Of a DNA stretch of 64,000 nt, positions 1-8,805 are shown in pieces. Made by a program: the position numbers and the translations under genes. Where the stretch lies: contig CAWHEU010000024.1 in the NCBI GenBank assembly GCA_963828465.1, positions 32,001 through 96,000 on the forward strand, in the 5' to 3' direction. How positions within the stretch are numbered: the first letter of the stretch is position 1; each line of letters opens with the position of its first letter. Source of the stretch: an uncultured Acidobacteriota bacterium (GTDB lineage: Bacteria; Actinomycetota; Acidimicrobiia; Spongiisociales; ZC4RG35). The notes beneath the pieces were generated by a model. The model searched no databases, was not told the origin of the DNA, and was given only the letters and a program-made list of their open reading frames with translations.

Positions 1-1
1 G

Positions 2-763
2 GAGCCGGCATTGGCGGTCGCCAGGGAGCTCGGGCTCGACCTGAGCACGCTGCCGGTTGGGGTCCTGATCACCGAGCGTCACGTTCGTGAAGCGTCCGAT
101 GTTGGCCGGGTGGAAGCGCCACCTGCCGATCCCTCCTCGGTGATCGTCTTCGGCGCCGGTGGCCACGGCAAGACGCTGATCGAGCTCATCCGGGAGGCCG
201 GGCAACTGGAGCTAGTTGGCGTCGTCGACGACCGTTCGGCCAGAGGCTCGGACATTCTGGGCATCCCGGTGCTGGGCAATCGCGACGATCTGGCCTCGAT
301 ACGGCGTGATGGCATCGGACTGGCAGCGAACGCGATCGGCGGCATCTCCAACATGGCGTCGCGTGTCGAGGTGTCTCAAGCACTCGCCGCCCGTGGGTTT
401 GTCCTTCCAGCGCTCGTCCACCCCACGGCCTTCGTCGAGGCCAGCGCCTCGATCGGCGAGGGCGCCCAGATCCTGGCTCACTCCTACGTCGGTTCGGATG
501 CAGTGGTGGGCAAAGGGGTGATCGTCAACACCGGTGCGGTGGTGTCACACGATTGTGTTCTCGAGGACCACGTCAACCTCTCCCCGGGTTGTCTTCTCGC
601 CGGGGGGATCACCGTGGGTGAGGCCACGTTGCTGGGTATGGGGGTCACGACATATCTGGGGATCAGCATCGGTGACAACGTCCGGGTTGGGAACGGCGCG
701 ATCATCACTGCCCCGGTGCCGGATGGCCGGAGGATCGCGACCGGCTCTGTTTGGGAGGGCTAG
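2..763 (+). CDS. NeuD/PglD-family sugar O/N-acetyltransferase with N-terminal peripheral-subunit-binding-like segment (5' truncated by window)
   Basis: VIVFGAGGHG Rossmann-like start, LVHPTA, hexapeptide repeats (VNTGAVVSHDCVLEDHVNLSPG). The frame is open to the window edge (EPALAVARELGLDL...). Confidence 0.8.
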   Translation, partial: EPALAVARELGLDLSTLPVGVLITERHVREASDVGRVEAPPADPSSVIVFGAGGHGKTLIELIREAGQLELVGVVDDRSARGSDILGIPVLGNRDDLASIRRDGIGLAANAIGGISNMASRVEVSQALAARGFVLPALVHPTAFVEASASIGEGAQILAHSYVGSDAVVGKGVIVNTGAVVSHDCVLEDHVNLSPGCLLAGGITVGEATLLGMGVTTYLGISIGDNVRVGNGAIITAPVPDGRRIATGSVWEG

Positions 764-795
764 AACAACTGGCACCCGCGACAATCGGGCCGGTC

Positions 796-1194
796 ATGAG
801 TTATGAGCTGCGCCCGGTCGGGCACGTCGAGTCCGATCTCACCGATCCCGCCATCGCGCCCAAACAGGGTGTAGAAGGAGGTCCGGAGGCCTGGCTCGTC
901 TTCGAAGGAGAGTACGAGCCGGCGATGCGGGAGCTGACAGTAGGGGAGCGGATCCATGTGATCACGTGGTTGCATCTCGCCGACCGTTCCGTTCTGCGGG
1001 TACATCCCCGGGACGACGAGAGCCAACCCATGCGCGGTGTGTTCGACACGAGGTCGCAGGACCGGCCCAATCCCCTCGGCCTGCACACCGTGACCGTCCT
1101 CGCCGTCGAGGAGAACAGGGTGCTGGTCAGCGACCTCGAGGCGGTCGACGGGACACTTGTGATCGACGTGAAGCCCGTGCTTCGGACCGACTGA
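796..1194 (+). CDS. tsaA: tRNA (N6-threonylcarbamoyladenosine(37)-N6)-methyltransferase TrmO/TsaA family
   Basis: Motifs LRPVGHVES, ITWLH, RGVFDTRSQDRPNPLGL, LEAVDGTLVIDVKP. ATG at 796. Confidence 0.88.
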   Translation: MSYELRPVGHVESDLTDPAIAPKQGVEGGPEAWLVFEGEYEPAMRELTVGERIHVITWLHLADRSVLRVHPRDDESQPMRGVFDTRSQDRPNPLGLHTVTVLAVEENRVLVSDLEAVDGTLVIDVKPVLRTD

Positions 1195-1225
1195 GTCGGC
1201 AGGGGCGCCTTCCGTCGTTCGGCGT

Positions 1226-2356
1226 CTAGACGCTCGAAGGCGAGACGGGAGTCGGTTCGACCGGCACCGGCGCCGCTCTGCGAGGGCGGAAAGCGAGGAT
1301 CACCGCACCGAGACCGAAAAAGATGACGATGAGCCCGAGCCAGCCACCGACGACGGGGATCGAAGTCAGAGCCACGACCAGGACCAGACCGAAGATCAGG
1401 GCGGTCCATCTACGAGCAGCTGACTGGAGCGAGAACCCCATACTCGCCATACCGACCCATGTTGGGGCACCGAACCCAGCAGAGAGGAAGAGGAGGAAGG
1501 TCAGCGTCACGATCGCGACCAGAGCCGCGAAGACGATCGCTCCGACAAGATCGTTGAGTCCGACGAGCGCAAGCCCGATCGCCAGGAGCACCGCCACCAG
1601 GATCACGAGGAAGACCAGAACACCGAAAGCGATCACTCCGACGAAACCGAAGCCGAGAGATGCCCAAGGCCTCTGCCTCAGCATCAGGGTGGGTTCCTCG
1701 ACGTACCGGGGGGCAAGCCAAAGGAACAGTGCGGCGACCACGAGGAGGCTGATGAGCCGCTGCAGCGCGTCCACGACCCGATCGGTGGTGGTGGGCGGTT
1801 CCACCTCCCGGATCGTGACGTTCTCGGTCCCCGCCACGGTCCCCTGCCGGTCGTAGTCACCGGCGGCCCCGAGCACGTCACCCCCGACTGTGCCACTCAT
1901 GGTCATCCGACCGCTCCCGAACACCAGATCCTCTCCCACCTCACCCGAATCGGACACGGTGGTCTGTCCCGAGGCGATGAACAGGTCTTCACCGATCGAT
2001 CCGCTCACCGTTGTTTGTCCAGCGGCGACTCTCGCATCGCCTCCGATCTCTCCAGAGATATCTACGGCGCCGGCGGAGGCCATGAGGTCGCCACTCACGT
2101 CGCCCGATACGGTCACCTGGCCGCCGGCTGCGATCAGATCACCGTCCACCGTGCCTTCGATGAGGATCCGCCCACCCGATGCATAGAGGTCACCATCGAC
2201 TGTTTGATCTGCCGGGATTGTGATCTGGCCTCCTGACTGGAGCTTGCCGCCGAGCTCGGTTTCCTGTGCCACGGCGACCGAAGCGCCGGTCACCACAAGT
2301 AGGGCGACGAGGGCTAGCCTCCTGACGCCCCCGGTGTGACGGCTCGTTTGGGCCAT
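1226..2356 (-). CDS. Polymer-forming cytoskeletal (bactofilin-like) repeat membrane protein
   Basis: Signal peptide, repeated G-x-V-x-GD-L-x-x-x-G-G beta-helix units, then about 5 TM helices. Confidence 0.75.
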   Translation of the reverse strand: MAQTSRHTGGVRRLALVALLVVTGASVAVAQETELGGKLQSGGQITIPADQTVDGDLYASGGRILIEGTVDGDLIAAGGQVTVSGDVSGDLMASAGAVDISGEIGGDARVAAGQTTVSGSIGEDLFIASGQTTVSDSGEVGEDLVFGSGRMTMSGTVGGDVLGAAGDYDRQGTVAGTENVTIREVEPPTTTDRVVDALQRLISLLVVAALFLWLAPRYVEEPTLMLRQRPWASLGFGFVGVIAFGVLVFLVILVAVLLAIGLALVGLNDLVGAIVFAALVAIVTLTFLLFLSAGFGAPTWVGMASMGFSLQSAARRWTALIFGLVLVVALTSIPVVGGWLGLIVIFFGLGAVILAFRPRRAAPVPVEPTPVSPSSV

Positions 2357-2409
2357 GGAGCCCCGCCCTACCCATCAATGGCCAGGGGTAAACCCCCTCA
2401 GTGCAAGGG

Positions 2410-2847
2410 TCAGGTCTGAGGGCGAACCGTTGGCTCTTGCGATTGGTCAAGCATCGCGGCCCAAGACATGTGAAGTTGCCGCAGATGAGCCGGCGGAATG
2501 GAGTCAGAGGTGAGCAGAGCCAGCAGTTCGTCGTCGATCCCAAGCCGCACGAGTCGAGCCACATCCTGCCAATTCTTCAGCTCGACGGGGTCGCCCTGGT
2601 CACCCATCTCAACCATTTCGAGCAAATGCTCCGGCACAAAGGCGGATCCGATCCGCTGCCAGGCCAAGGCGTACATATCTGCGCGGACAGGGAGCATCTC
2701 AGAGGCCGCTCGCCAGGCGCCGGCATGGAAGGACTCCTCGATCGTCCCCCGTGCCGCGGCCAGCCGGAGTCGGTCGTCATCCGTCAGCGCCCTGGCCCGC
2801 TCGACCAGGGCGTCGATCATCTTCTGAGTCTGGTCTCGGTCGGTCAC
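2410..2847 (-). CDS. Hypothetical helical protein
   Basis: Only ORF with plausible composition between neighbours. Start chosen at GTG 2847 (uncertain). Confidence 0.55.
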   Translation of the reverse strand: MTDRDQTQKMIDALVERARALTDDDRLRLAAARGTIEESFHAGAWRAASEMLPVRADMYALAWQRIGSAFVPEHLLEMVEMGDQGDPVELKNWQDVARLVRLGIDDELLALLTSDSIPPAHLRQLHMSWAAMLDQSQEPTVRPQT

Positions 2848-2939
2848 TCGCGCCTTCGAACGTTTGCTTACGCGCCCTAGACGATGCGTCAGGCGGACGT
2901 GTAGGTTATCTCTCCTCTGCAAACGGAGAAGGAGGACAC

Positions 2940-4436
2940 ATGGCCGCCATCAGCCGTCGCGACTTCTTGCAGAAGGGTGCCGCCGCAGTTGTAGCCACTC
3001 TCGGTTCCACCATTGGGCCGTTCGCTGGGTTATCCGCTCGGGCTGCAACTGCAGGGCCCAAGTTCGCGGCAGAGAACGGAGGGTATGGACCGCTGATTCC
3101 GCTCCGCGACCTGCGGGATGGGGTGGAGCGGTTGTTCCTCCCGGAGGGTTTCAAGTATCGGTCATTCGGGGTTCGGAACACCTCGCTGACCGAAGAGTCG
3201 ACGTTGACTCCTGGTCGTCATGACGGGATGGCCGTGTTCTCCTGGAAGCAAGGGAAGGTTCGGATCGTCCGGAATCACGAGCAGACCCAGCCGAATCCGG
3301 TTGGCGTGTTCGGGAACGTCAGCCTCGCCTACGATCCTGCGGCTCCTGGGGGTACCACCACACTGGAGATCTCCCCGACCGCCGACGAGGTCAGCAGCTG
3401 GGTGAGCCTCAACGGCACGACTTTCAACTGTGCGGGTGGCGCCAGCCCGTGGGGGACCTGGCTGACCTGCGAGGAGACGCCGAATGGGATGGATCAGCAA
3501 CGCAGCTTCCTGGTCCTGCCCGGCCAACCGGACGATCTCACCTACACCCAGAAACACGGCTACTTGTTCGAAGTCCCTGTTTCGCGGGGACCCGGTGAGC
3601 TGGAGGTCGCCGAGCCGATCCGCTCTGCTGGGCGCTTCGCGGATGAGGCTGCCGCCGTCGACCCGACCACGGGCGATGTGTACATGACAGAAGACGACTT
3701 CGCATATGCATCTGGTTTCTATCGCTACCGGCCGCCCAACCGGCCGAAGCAGGACAAGCGGATAGCCGACGGAGGTGTCCTGGAAATATTGGGCGTGATC
3801 CCGCCCGGCGCCTCAGAACCGGTGACCATGGATCTTCACGCCGACCAGGCTCCAGGGGCCACCCATCAGGTGGGCTGGATCCGCATCGAGAATCCCGACC
3901 CGGCCTTTGCTCCTGGCCTGAGCAATGACGAAGCGGCACGCGTCGTCTTCCAGGAAGGAGAGTCCAACGGGGCGGCTCGATTCTCCCGGTTGGAGGGGAT
4001 GGACTACTTCAACGGGAAGATCTTCTTCGTCTCTACCGAGGGAGGCGGGCCTTTCGATTCGGACCCGCCTCCGAACGGAAGCGCCGGCTTTGGTGGCGGG
4101 TATGGCCAGGTCTGGATGTACGACATTTCCCAGGAGACACTGACGCTGGTGTTCGAGTCACCGGGGCCGGATGTGCTCGATTTCCCCGACAACATCATCA
4201 TTTCGCCGCGTCGTAAGAGTGTGATCCTCTGTGAGGACAGTTCCGGGGGCAACATGCTCCGGGCGCTGACGAGAGACGGGCTCATATTCGACTTCGCCTT
4301 GAACAATGTCGCAAGCGGGGTCGACGAGTTCTCCGGTGCCACCTTTGGACCCGGGGGCAAGGTGCTCTACGCCAACATGCAGGCCAACGGAATCACCTAC
4401 GCCATCTGGGGGCCCTGGAGCAACGGTCTGATCTAG
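2940..4436 (+). CDS. phoX: Tat-exported PhoX-family alkaline phosphatase (DUF839)
   Basis: SRRDFL Tat motif, RHDGM, RNHE, NCAGGASPWGTWLTCEE, YMTED, PDNI, LCED, EFSGATF. GGAGG RBS before ATG 2940. Confidence 0.88.
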   Translation: MAAISRRDFLQKGAAAVVATLGSTIGPFAGLSARAATAGPKFAAENGGYGPLIPLRDLRDGVERLFLPEGFKYRSFGVRNTSLTEESTLTPGRHDGMAVFSWKQGKVRIVRNHEQTQPNPVGVFGNVSLAYDPAAPGGTTTLEISPTADEVSSWVSLNGTTFNCAGGASPWGTWLTCEETPNGMDQQRSFLVLPGQPDDLTYTQKHGYLFEVPVSRGPGELEVAEPIRSAGRFADEAAAVDPTTGDVYMTEDDFAYASGFYRYRPPNRPKQDKRIADGGVLEILGVIPPGASEPVTMDLHADQAPGATHQVGWIRIENPDPAFAPGLSNDEAARVVFQEGESNGAARFSRLEGMDYFNGKIFFVSTEGGGPFDSDPPPNGSAGFGGGYGQVWMYDISQETLTLVFESPGPDVLDFPDNIIISPRRKSVILCEDSSGGNMLRALTRDGLIFDFALNNVASGVDEFSGATFGPGGKVLYANMQANGITYAIWGPWSNGLI

Positions 4437-5032
4437 GCAGAGGCGGGCGGACCCTCGAGCACCCTTGGGACATACTCGAGGAGCTGGATGCTGTCGTCGA
4501 ACGTCCGGCTGGCAACCATGTCGAGGGCGACATCGGGATATCCGTCATAGATCCGCTCGCGACCGGTCTTCCCGGTGATCACGGGGAAGACGACCACGCG
4601 ATAGCGGTCCACCAGGCCCGCCTCGAGGAGCGACCGGCACAAGGTCAGGCTGCCCAGTGTGCTCATACCGGTGGCGTCCCGCTTCATCGCTCCCACAGCC
4701 TCGACTGGATCCTCTCTGATGAGCTGGGTATTGGCCCACGCCAGTGGGTTCTCCAAAGTCGAGGAGAACACCACCTTGGGCGATCTGGTGAGTTCAGCCA
4801 TCGCGTCGTCCTCGTTGGTTCTCTCGTCTGATTCCGAAGTCTCGGATTCGGCGGCGAATCCATACATGAGCCGATACGTGTTCGCTCCCATCAGGATCGT
4901 GTAGTCGCGATCGGGTCGCTCGTCTAGCCAGGCGAGATACTCGGGGGCCTCGAGTCCCCACCACCCGGGCCAGCCTTCTGCGGAGGCGTAGCCGTCAAGC
5001 GAGATGATGAAGTCCACCACTAGTTCCTGCAT
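4433..5032 (-). CDS. Dihydrofolate reductase-family / RibD C-terminal domain protein
   Basis: ISLDGY, LMGANTY, KVVFSSTL, GSLTL, LVDRYRVVVFPVITG. Confidence 0.85.
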   Translation of the reverse strand: MQELVVDFIISLDGYASAEGWPGWWGLEAPEYLAWLDERPDRDYTILMGANTYRLMYGFAAESETSESDERTNEDDAMAELTRSPKVVFSSTLENPLAWANTQLIREDPVEAVGAMKRDATGMSTLGSLTLCRSLLEAGLVDRYRVVVFPVITGKTGRERIYDGYPDVALDMVASRTFDDSIQLLEYVPRVLEGPPASA

Positions 5033-5159
5033 CTCTCTCTCCTTCTTGATGGCGGGAAACCTCGATTACCCGCCCCGAGGATCGGGAAACAACGAAGTCG
5101 ACGGCGGTACGGCATCAGATACCAGCTTGGCGCCAGAACAGGTCAGTCGGGATATGAGT

Positions 5160-5184
5160 AATCCCCTGTAACTAGCAGGGGATT
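5160..5184 (-). terminator. Hairpin immediately 3' of tRNA-Phe
   Basis: AATCCCCTG-TAACTAG-CAGGGGATT, 9-bp perfect stem. Confidence 0.6.
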
Positions 5185-5189
5185 CTCCG

Positions 5190-5262
5190 TGGTCAGGGAC
5201 GGCGTCGATCCGTCGACCTCCGGTTTTTCAGACCGGCGCTCTACCGACTGAGCTACCTGACC
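5190..5262 (-). tRNA. tRNA-Phe (GAA)
   Basis: GGTCAGGTAGCTCAGTCGGTAGAGC...CTGAAAA...CCTGACCA cloverleaf. CCA not encoded. T-loop reads ATCGACG. Confidence 0.93.
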
Positions 5263-5293
5263 TCCAAACCAAACCCTAAATGGCTTTGGTCGG

Positions 5294-5368
5294 CGGGAGC
5301 GACGGGATTTGAACCCGCGACCTCCGGCTTGACAGGCCGGCGAACACTCCAGGCTGTTCTACGCCCCC
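5294..5368 (-). tRNA. tRNA-Asp (GTC)
   Basis: GGGGGCG acceptor, anticodon loop CTGTCAA, GGTTCAAATCC T-arm, discriminator G. Confidence 0.95.
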
Positions 5369-5658
5369 GGGGACGTCGCCGATTCCGAGAAGGTTCGTGG
5401 CGACCGGGGAAGTATAGATCTCACCGGTGCCTGCTCAACATCAGATCGAGGTGGAGTGCGGGTTCCCCTTGTGGGGTCGGCGAGCGCCCAATTCACACGC
5501 TTTAGCAATCGCTCTCGGGTCGGGACCCGGTCTCTAGGAAGGTCTAGTCCACTCCGGCGTTCACTAAATGGTCCGGATGATCCGGGACCTCATGAGACGT
5601 CCCTGGCGATAATACATTCGAATGCGGGGGCGATGACCTTCGCTTGCCAGGGAACATT

Positions 5659-5726
5659 GGGGGAGGCTGTGGTGGGGACGGGGTTAGAAAGACCGTCGCC
5701 TTGGGCCAGTGGTGAGACCGACCCCC
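5659..5726 (+). promoter_or_regulatory. Putative c-di-GMP-II-like riboswitch
   Basis: GGGGG/CCCCC P1, GCTG/CAGT P2, GACG/CGTC P3, 3' signature CAGTGGTGAGACCGACC. The downstream CCCCTT/AAGGGG hairpin covers the SD of the next gene. Confidence 0.55.
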
Positions 5727-5750
5727 TTCGAATAGCAAGGGGTGTTGGAT

Positions 5751-6590
5751 ATGTTGAAGAATCGCTGGCGGTCGGCGCTCGCGGGTTTCACGGTGGCGTT
5801 GACATTGGTGACCGTCATGGTGCCTCTGGTAGCGGGGGCTGCTCATCAACCACCAAATGATACGGAGCCAGGCGGCCCCGGTAACAACGAGGCCAACGAG
5901 ACTCCCTATTGGGTCGAGTACCTGGACGATGTGAGAGACATCGAAGACGCTTCGTGTAGCAAGATCAACCAGGCAGCAGGTACCGCTTTCGTGATGCCGG
6001 CTGAGCCTGTTGGTAGAGACTGGGTGTTGGTGGTCATCAAGCAGGGAATTGTCAACTACGTCTACAACGACCCGGAGGCAGGTCACAGCTATCCGTCAGT
6101 GGGTCAGAACGCACCGGGATTCAGTCACGTCATTGTGTGCTCGGTCAAGGAGAAGGTCACGACGACCAGCAGCACGTCGAGCACAACGTCGAGCACAACT
6201 ACCAGCAGCACGACGACCACGAGCAGCACTACCACGACGACTGATCCGACGACCACCACGACCACGACTCAGCCGACCACGACCACGACTCAGCCGACGA
6301 CTACGACGACGGGCGATCCGGGCACTACCACGACCGCGGTTGGTGATACGACGACGACGGGCGATCCTGGCACCACCTCGACCATTCCGGACGAAGTGCT
6401 GCCGACGGTGGTCACCAGCACGACGCTTGGGGACGAGGTGCTTGGCACGACCATCGTGGCAGGCGAGTTGCCCTTCACGGGCGTCGACGGCGAAACGCTG
6501 GGTCCTCTGGCCTTGGTCCTCCTGGCACTGGGGGCGTTGACCCTGCTTGCGGCGAAGTCGATTCGTGCCCGGTCTAACGAAGAGAGTTGA
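5751..6590 (+). CDS. Secreted Thr-rich cell-surface protein with LPXTG sorting signal (LPFTG)
   Basis: Signal peptide, small two-Cys domain, long poly-Thr stalk, ELPFTG, hydrophobic helix and basic tail (KSIRAR). Confidence 0.85.
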   Translation: MLKNRWRSALAGFTVALTLVTVMVPLVAGAAHQPPNDTEPGGPGNNEANETPYWVEYLDDVRDIEDASCSKINQAAGTAFVMPAEPVGRDWVLVVIKQGIVNYVYNDPEAGHSYPSVGQNAPGFSHVIVCSVKEKVTTTSSTSSTTSSTTTSSTTTTSSTTTTTDPTTTTTTTQPTTTTTQPTTTTTGDPGTTTTAVGDTTTTGDPGTTSTIPDEVLPTVVTSTTLGDEVLGTTIVAGELPFTGVDGETLGPLALVLLALGALTLLAAKSIRARSNEES

Positions 6591-6603
6591 TCGGACGGTC
6601 ACC

Positions 6604-6683
6604 TTGCGTTGGTCGACCCTCCTTGATCAACGCAAGCTGAATGGTGGGTGCCGGTCGGCGACTCCGACCGACCCCCACCACCA
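6604..6683 (+). terminator. Two hairpins after the LPXTG gene
   Basis: TTGCGTTGGTC...GATCAACGCAA and TGGTGGG...GGTCGG/CCGACC...CCCACCA stems. Confidence 0.5.
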
Positions 6684-6721
6684 AATCGAAGAGTCCCGCG
6701 GATAGACACCGGCGTCAGGGA

Positions 6722-6747
6722 CGAACCGATCGCCTGATCGAACCGTA
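6722..6747 (+). promoter_or_regulatory. Putative ECF promoter for the CHRD gene
   Basis: CGAACC-N16-CGTA. The same motif occurs at 8760-8785 (-) and 9333-9359 (+). Confidence 0.6.
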
Positions 6748-6807
6748 TTGAAGTTGTTCGAAGTGGGGTATGGCCGAGATCTGAGGCAGCAGCGCTAGGA
6801 GGTGCCT

Positions 6808-7668
6808 ATGTTGCGCAAGACCCTCAAGATCGGGCTGGCTACGACCCTGTTCGTGGTAGCCGCCCCGTTGACCGCTCTGGCAGACGGAGCCGAGTTTGAA
6901 GCGGACCTGAGCCCCGACGAGGAAGTAGCGACGCCACCTGTTGAGTCGGACGGAGAAGGTGAAGCTGAGTTGACCGTCCGCAGCGGCCAGGTTCGCTATG
7001 ACGTGGAATGGGAGGACCTGACCAGCCCCGTGATCATGGGCCACATCCACTGTGCCCCTGCCGGAGTGAATGGCCCGGTCGGGGTGACCCTGGTCCACGA
7101 GCCACTCGAGGCCGACGACCGAGTCCGGGGATCGTTCACCGGGCCCGACGCTGGCAACGCCTGTCTGTGGGCAGATCTCGAGGATGTTCTCGCCGCGATC
7201 TCTTCAGGCGAGGCTTACGTCAACATCCATACCGAGAACTTCCGTGGGGGCGAGATCCGGGGACAGCTCCGGATCGATGATCTCGAGTTCGAATTCGGGC
7301 TCGACCCCGAGCAGGAAGTTCAGACCCCTGCGGTGGTCTCGGATGGCGACGGCGAGGCCGACCTCGAGCTACGCAGGAATCGTGTCCGTTACAACGTGGA
7401 GTGGGAGGACCTGACCAGTGCCGTGATCATGGGCCACATCCACTGTGCGCCTGCGGGTTCCAACGGCCCCGTCGGGGTGACTCTGGTCCATGAGCCCCTC
7501 GACACTGACGACCGAGTCCGGGGATCGTTCGCCGGGCCTGACGCCGGCAACGCCTGCATGTGGGCCGATCTCGGTGATGTTCTTGGAGCTATGGCAAGTG
7601 GCAACGCCTATGTCAACATCCACACCGAGAACTTCCGTGGAGGCGAGATCAGAGGACAGGTCCGCTGA
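6808..7668 (+). CDS. Secreted protein with two tandem CHRD domains
   Basis: Twice: L-x-P-x-x-EV...MGHIHCAPAG-NGPV...AYVNIHTENFRGGEIRGQ. AGGAGG RBS. Confidence 0.9.
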   Translation: MLRKTLKIGLATTLFVVAAPLTALADGAEFEADLSPDEEVATPPVESDGEGEAELTVRSGQVRYDVEWEDLTSPVIMGHIHCAPAGVNGPVGVTLVHEPLEADDRVRGSFTGPDAGNACLWADLEDVLAAISSGEAYVNIHTENFRGGEIRGQLRIDDLEFEFGLDPEQEVQTPAVVSDGDGEADLELRRNRVRYNVEWEDLTSAVIMGHIHCAPAGSNGPVGVTLVHEPLDTDDRVRGSFAGPDAGNACMWADLGDVLGAMASGNAYVNIHTENFRGGEIRGQVR

Positions 7669-7686
7669 AGGACTGATTGAAAAGGA

Positions 7687-7712
7687 CGCCGGGCGCTATC
7701 TAGCGCCCGGCG
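7687..7712. terminator. Hairpin between convergent CHRD and DUF1801 genes
   Basis: CGCCGGGCGCTA-TC-TAGCGCCCGGCG. Confidence 0.6.
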
Positions 7713-8062
7713 CTCCGTCTGGTATCCACCAGTTCGCCAACGATCCTCTCGACTAGCTCGTAGGGGATTGGCTCGTTCAGGGGGAACTGCACCGTGTCTT
7801 TCCCGGATCGATAGACGGCTACCTCCTCCTCCAGGGGCTCGTCGAGTACGTGGATCGGGTAGATGCTCACGTGCCGTTTCCAACCGGCGAAGTAGATCAG
7901 ATATTTGCCGTCGAGGGTGACCGTCGGAATCTGATAGCTGATGGTCTCCTCGGTGCCGGGCGCGGCGGACATGATCCGCCGTCGTATCTCCTCCAGGATC
8001 ACCTGGACCTCAGGCGGGAACGACTCGATATAGGCATCGACCGTGTCGAACCTGTTTGCCAT
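7700..8062 (-). CDS. DUF1801 / YdhG-like protein
   Basis: TVDAYI...ETISYQIPT...YFAGWKRHVSIYP...KDTVQFPLNEPIPYELV. Confidence 0.88.
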   Translation of the reverse strand: MANRFDTVDAYIESFPPEVQVILEEIRRRIMSAAPGTEETISYQIPTVTLDGKYLIYFAGWKRHVSIYPIHVLDEPLEEEVAVYRSGKDTVQFPLNEPIPYELVERIVGELVDTRRSAGR

Positions 8063-8098
8063 CGAGATCGCAGAATACGCGGATCCCCCGGAACGCGA

Positions 8099-8139
8099 CA
8101 GGGACGTCTCTCAGTTGTCGCACCTGAGAGACGTCCCTG
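8099..8139 (-). terminator. 16-bp perfect inverted repeat downstream of lipoprotein gene
   Basis: CAGGGACGTCTCTCAG-N9-CTGAGAGACGTCCCTG. Confidence 0.7.
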
Positions 8140-8161
8140 AGTCGGGCTCTTCGATCGCTGC

Positions 8162-8731
8162 TTAGTAGTCGCCGCGGTCGACGTCGTTGGAGGCTGACGG
8201 GCCTTCGATCATGTTCCCGTCAGCGCCGACGACGAACCAAACCCCACCCACCCCTTGGCCGTTGACGTCGCCCGGGGCTTCGTCAGGCGTGAACCGATAG
8301 AGCGGCATTCCGTTGACGGTCAGCTGCTCGGTCCCGTCGTCACGGGGGGAGGTCCCGAACAAGGAGGCATCGAGATCGGCGCCGATCGCAGTGTCACCGG
8401 GGACTGCCGGCCAGTTCGCGGCACAGTCGTCGTAGCAAGTGCTGGTGCCCTCGGTGTCGTTCGTGAAGATGTAGATGGTGAAACCCTCGGCGTCGACCAG
8501 GATCGAACCTAGGTCGGTTTCGGCCGTGCTGACGCCCTCGGCCGCAGGCTCAGTGGCGGGGGTGGTGGTCTCCTCGGCGGCTGCGGCGGTGGTGGTGGTC
8601 GCGTCCTCGACGGCGGCGGATGTGGTGGTGTCACCGGTGTCGGCCACTGTTGTGTCACTGGTTCCCTCCTCGCCACAGGCGGCTATCACCAGGAGAGCCG
8701 CTGTCAACAGGGTCAGGGTGCGTCGCTTCAT
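8162..8731 (-). CDS. Secreted repeat lipoprotein (COG4315 / Lipoprotein_15 type)
   Basis: Lipobox IAAC, Thr-rich linker, G-TIYIF-D...STCYDDCAANWP...QLTVNGMPLYRF-PD-PGDVNGQGVGGVWFVV. Confidence 0.88.
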   Translation of the reverse strand: MKRRTLTLLTAALLVIAACGEEGTSDTTVADTGDTTTSAAVEDATTTTAAAAEETTTPATEPAAEGVSTAETDLGSILVDAEGFTIYIFTNDTEGTSTCYDDCAANWPAVPGDTAIGADLDASLFGTSPRDDGTEQLTVNGMPLYRFTPDEAPGDVNGQGVGGVWFVVGADGNMIEGPSASNDVDRGDY

Positions 8732-8759
8732 CGTTTTCTCCTCTGTCTGTTGCATTCTC

Positions 8760-8785
8760 TACGCATCGGAGCGTCGCATGGTTCG
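8760..8785 (-). promoter_or_regulatory. Putative ECF promoter for the lipoprotein gene
   Basis: Minus strand CGAACC-N16-CGTA, about 28 nt before the ATG. Confidence 0.6.
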
Positions 8786-8805
8786 CAACCTGGCAGAATC
8801 CCCCT

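Noticed and set aside
5033-5190. Integrated element at tRNA-Phe
   Set aside because: Only a hairpin follows the tRNA. No integrase or duplicated 3' end was seen.
6155-6385. ACG/ACC-rich low-complexity tract as a microsatellite
   Set aside because: It is the poly-Thr stalk of the LPXTG protein.
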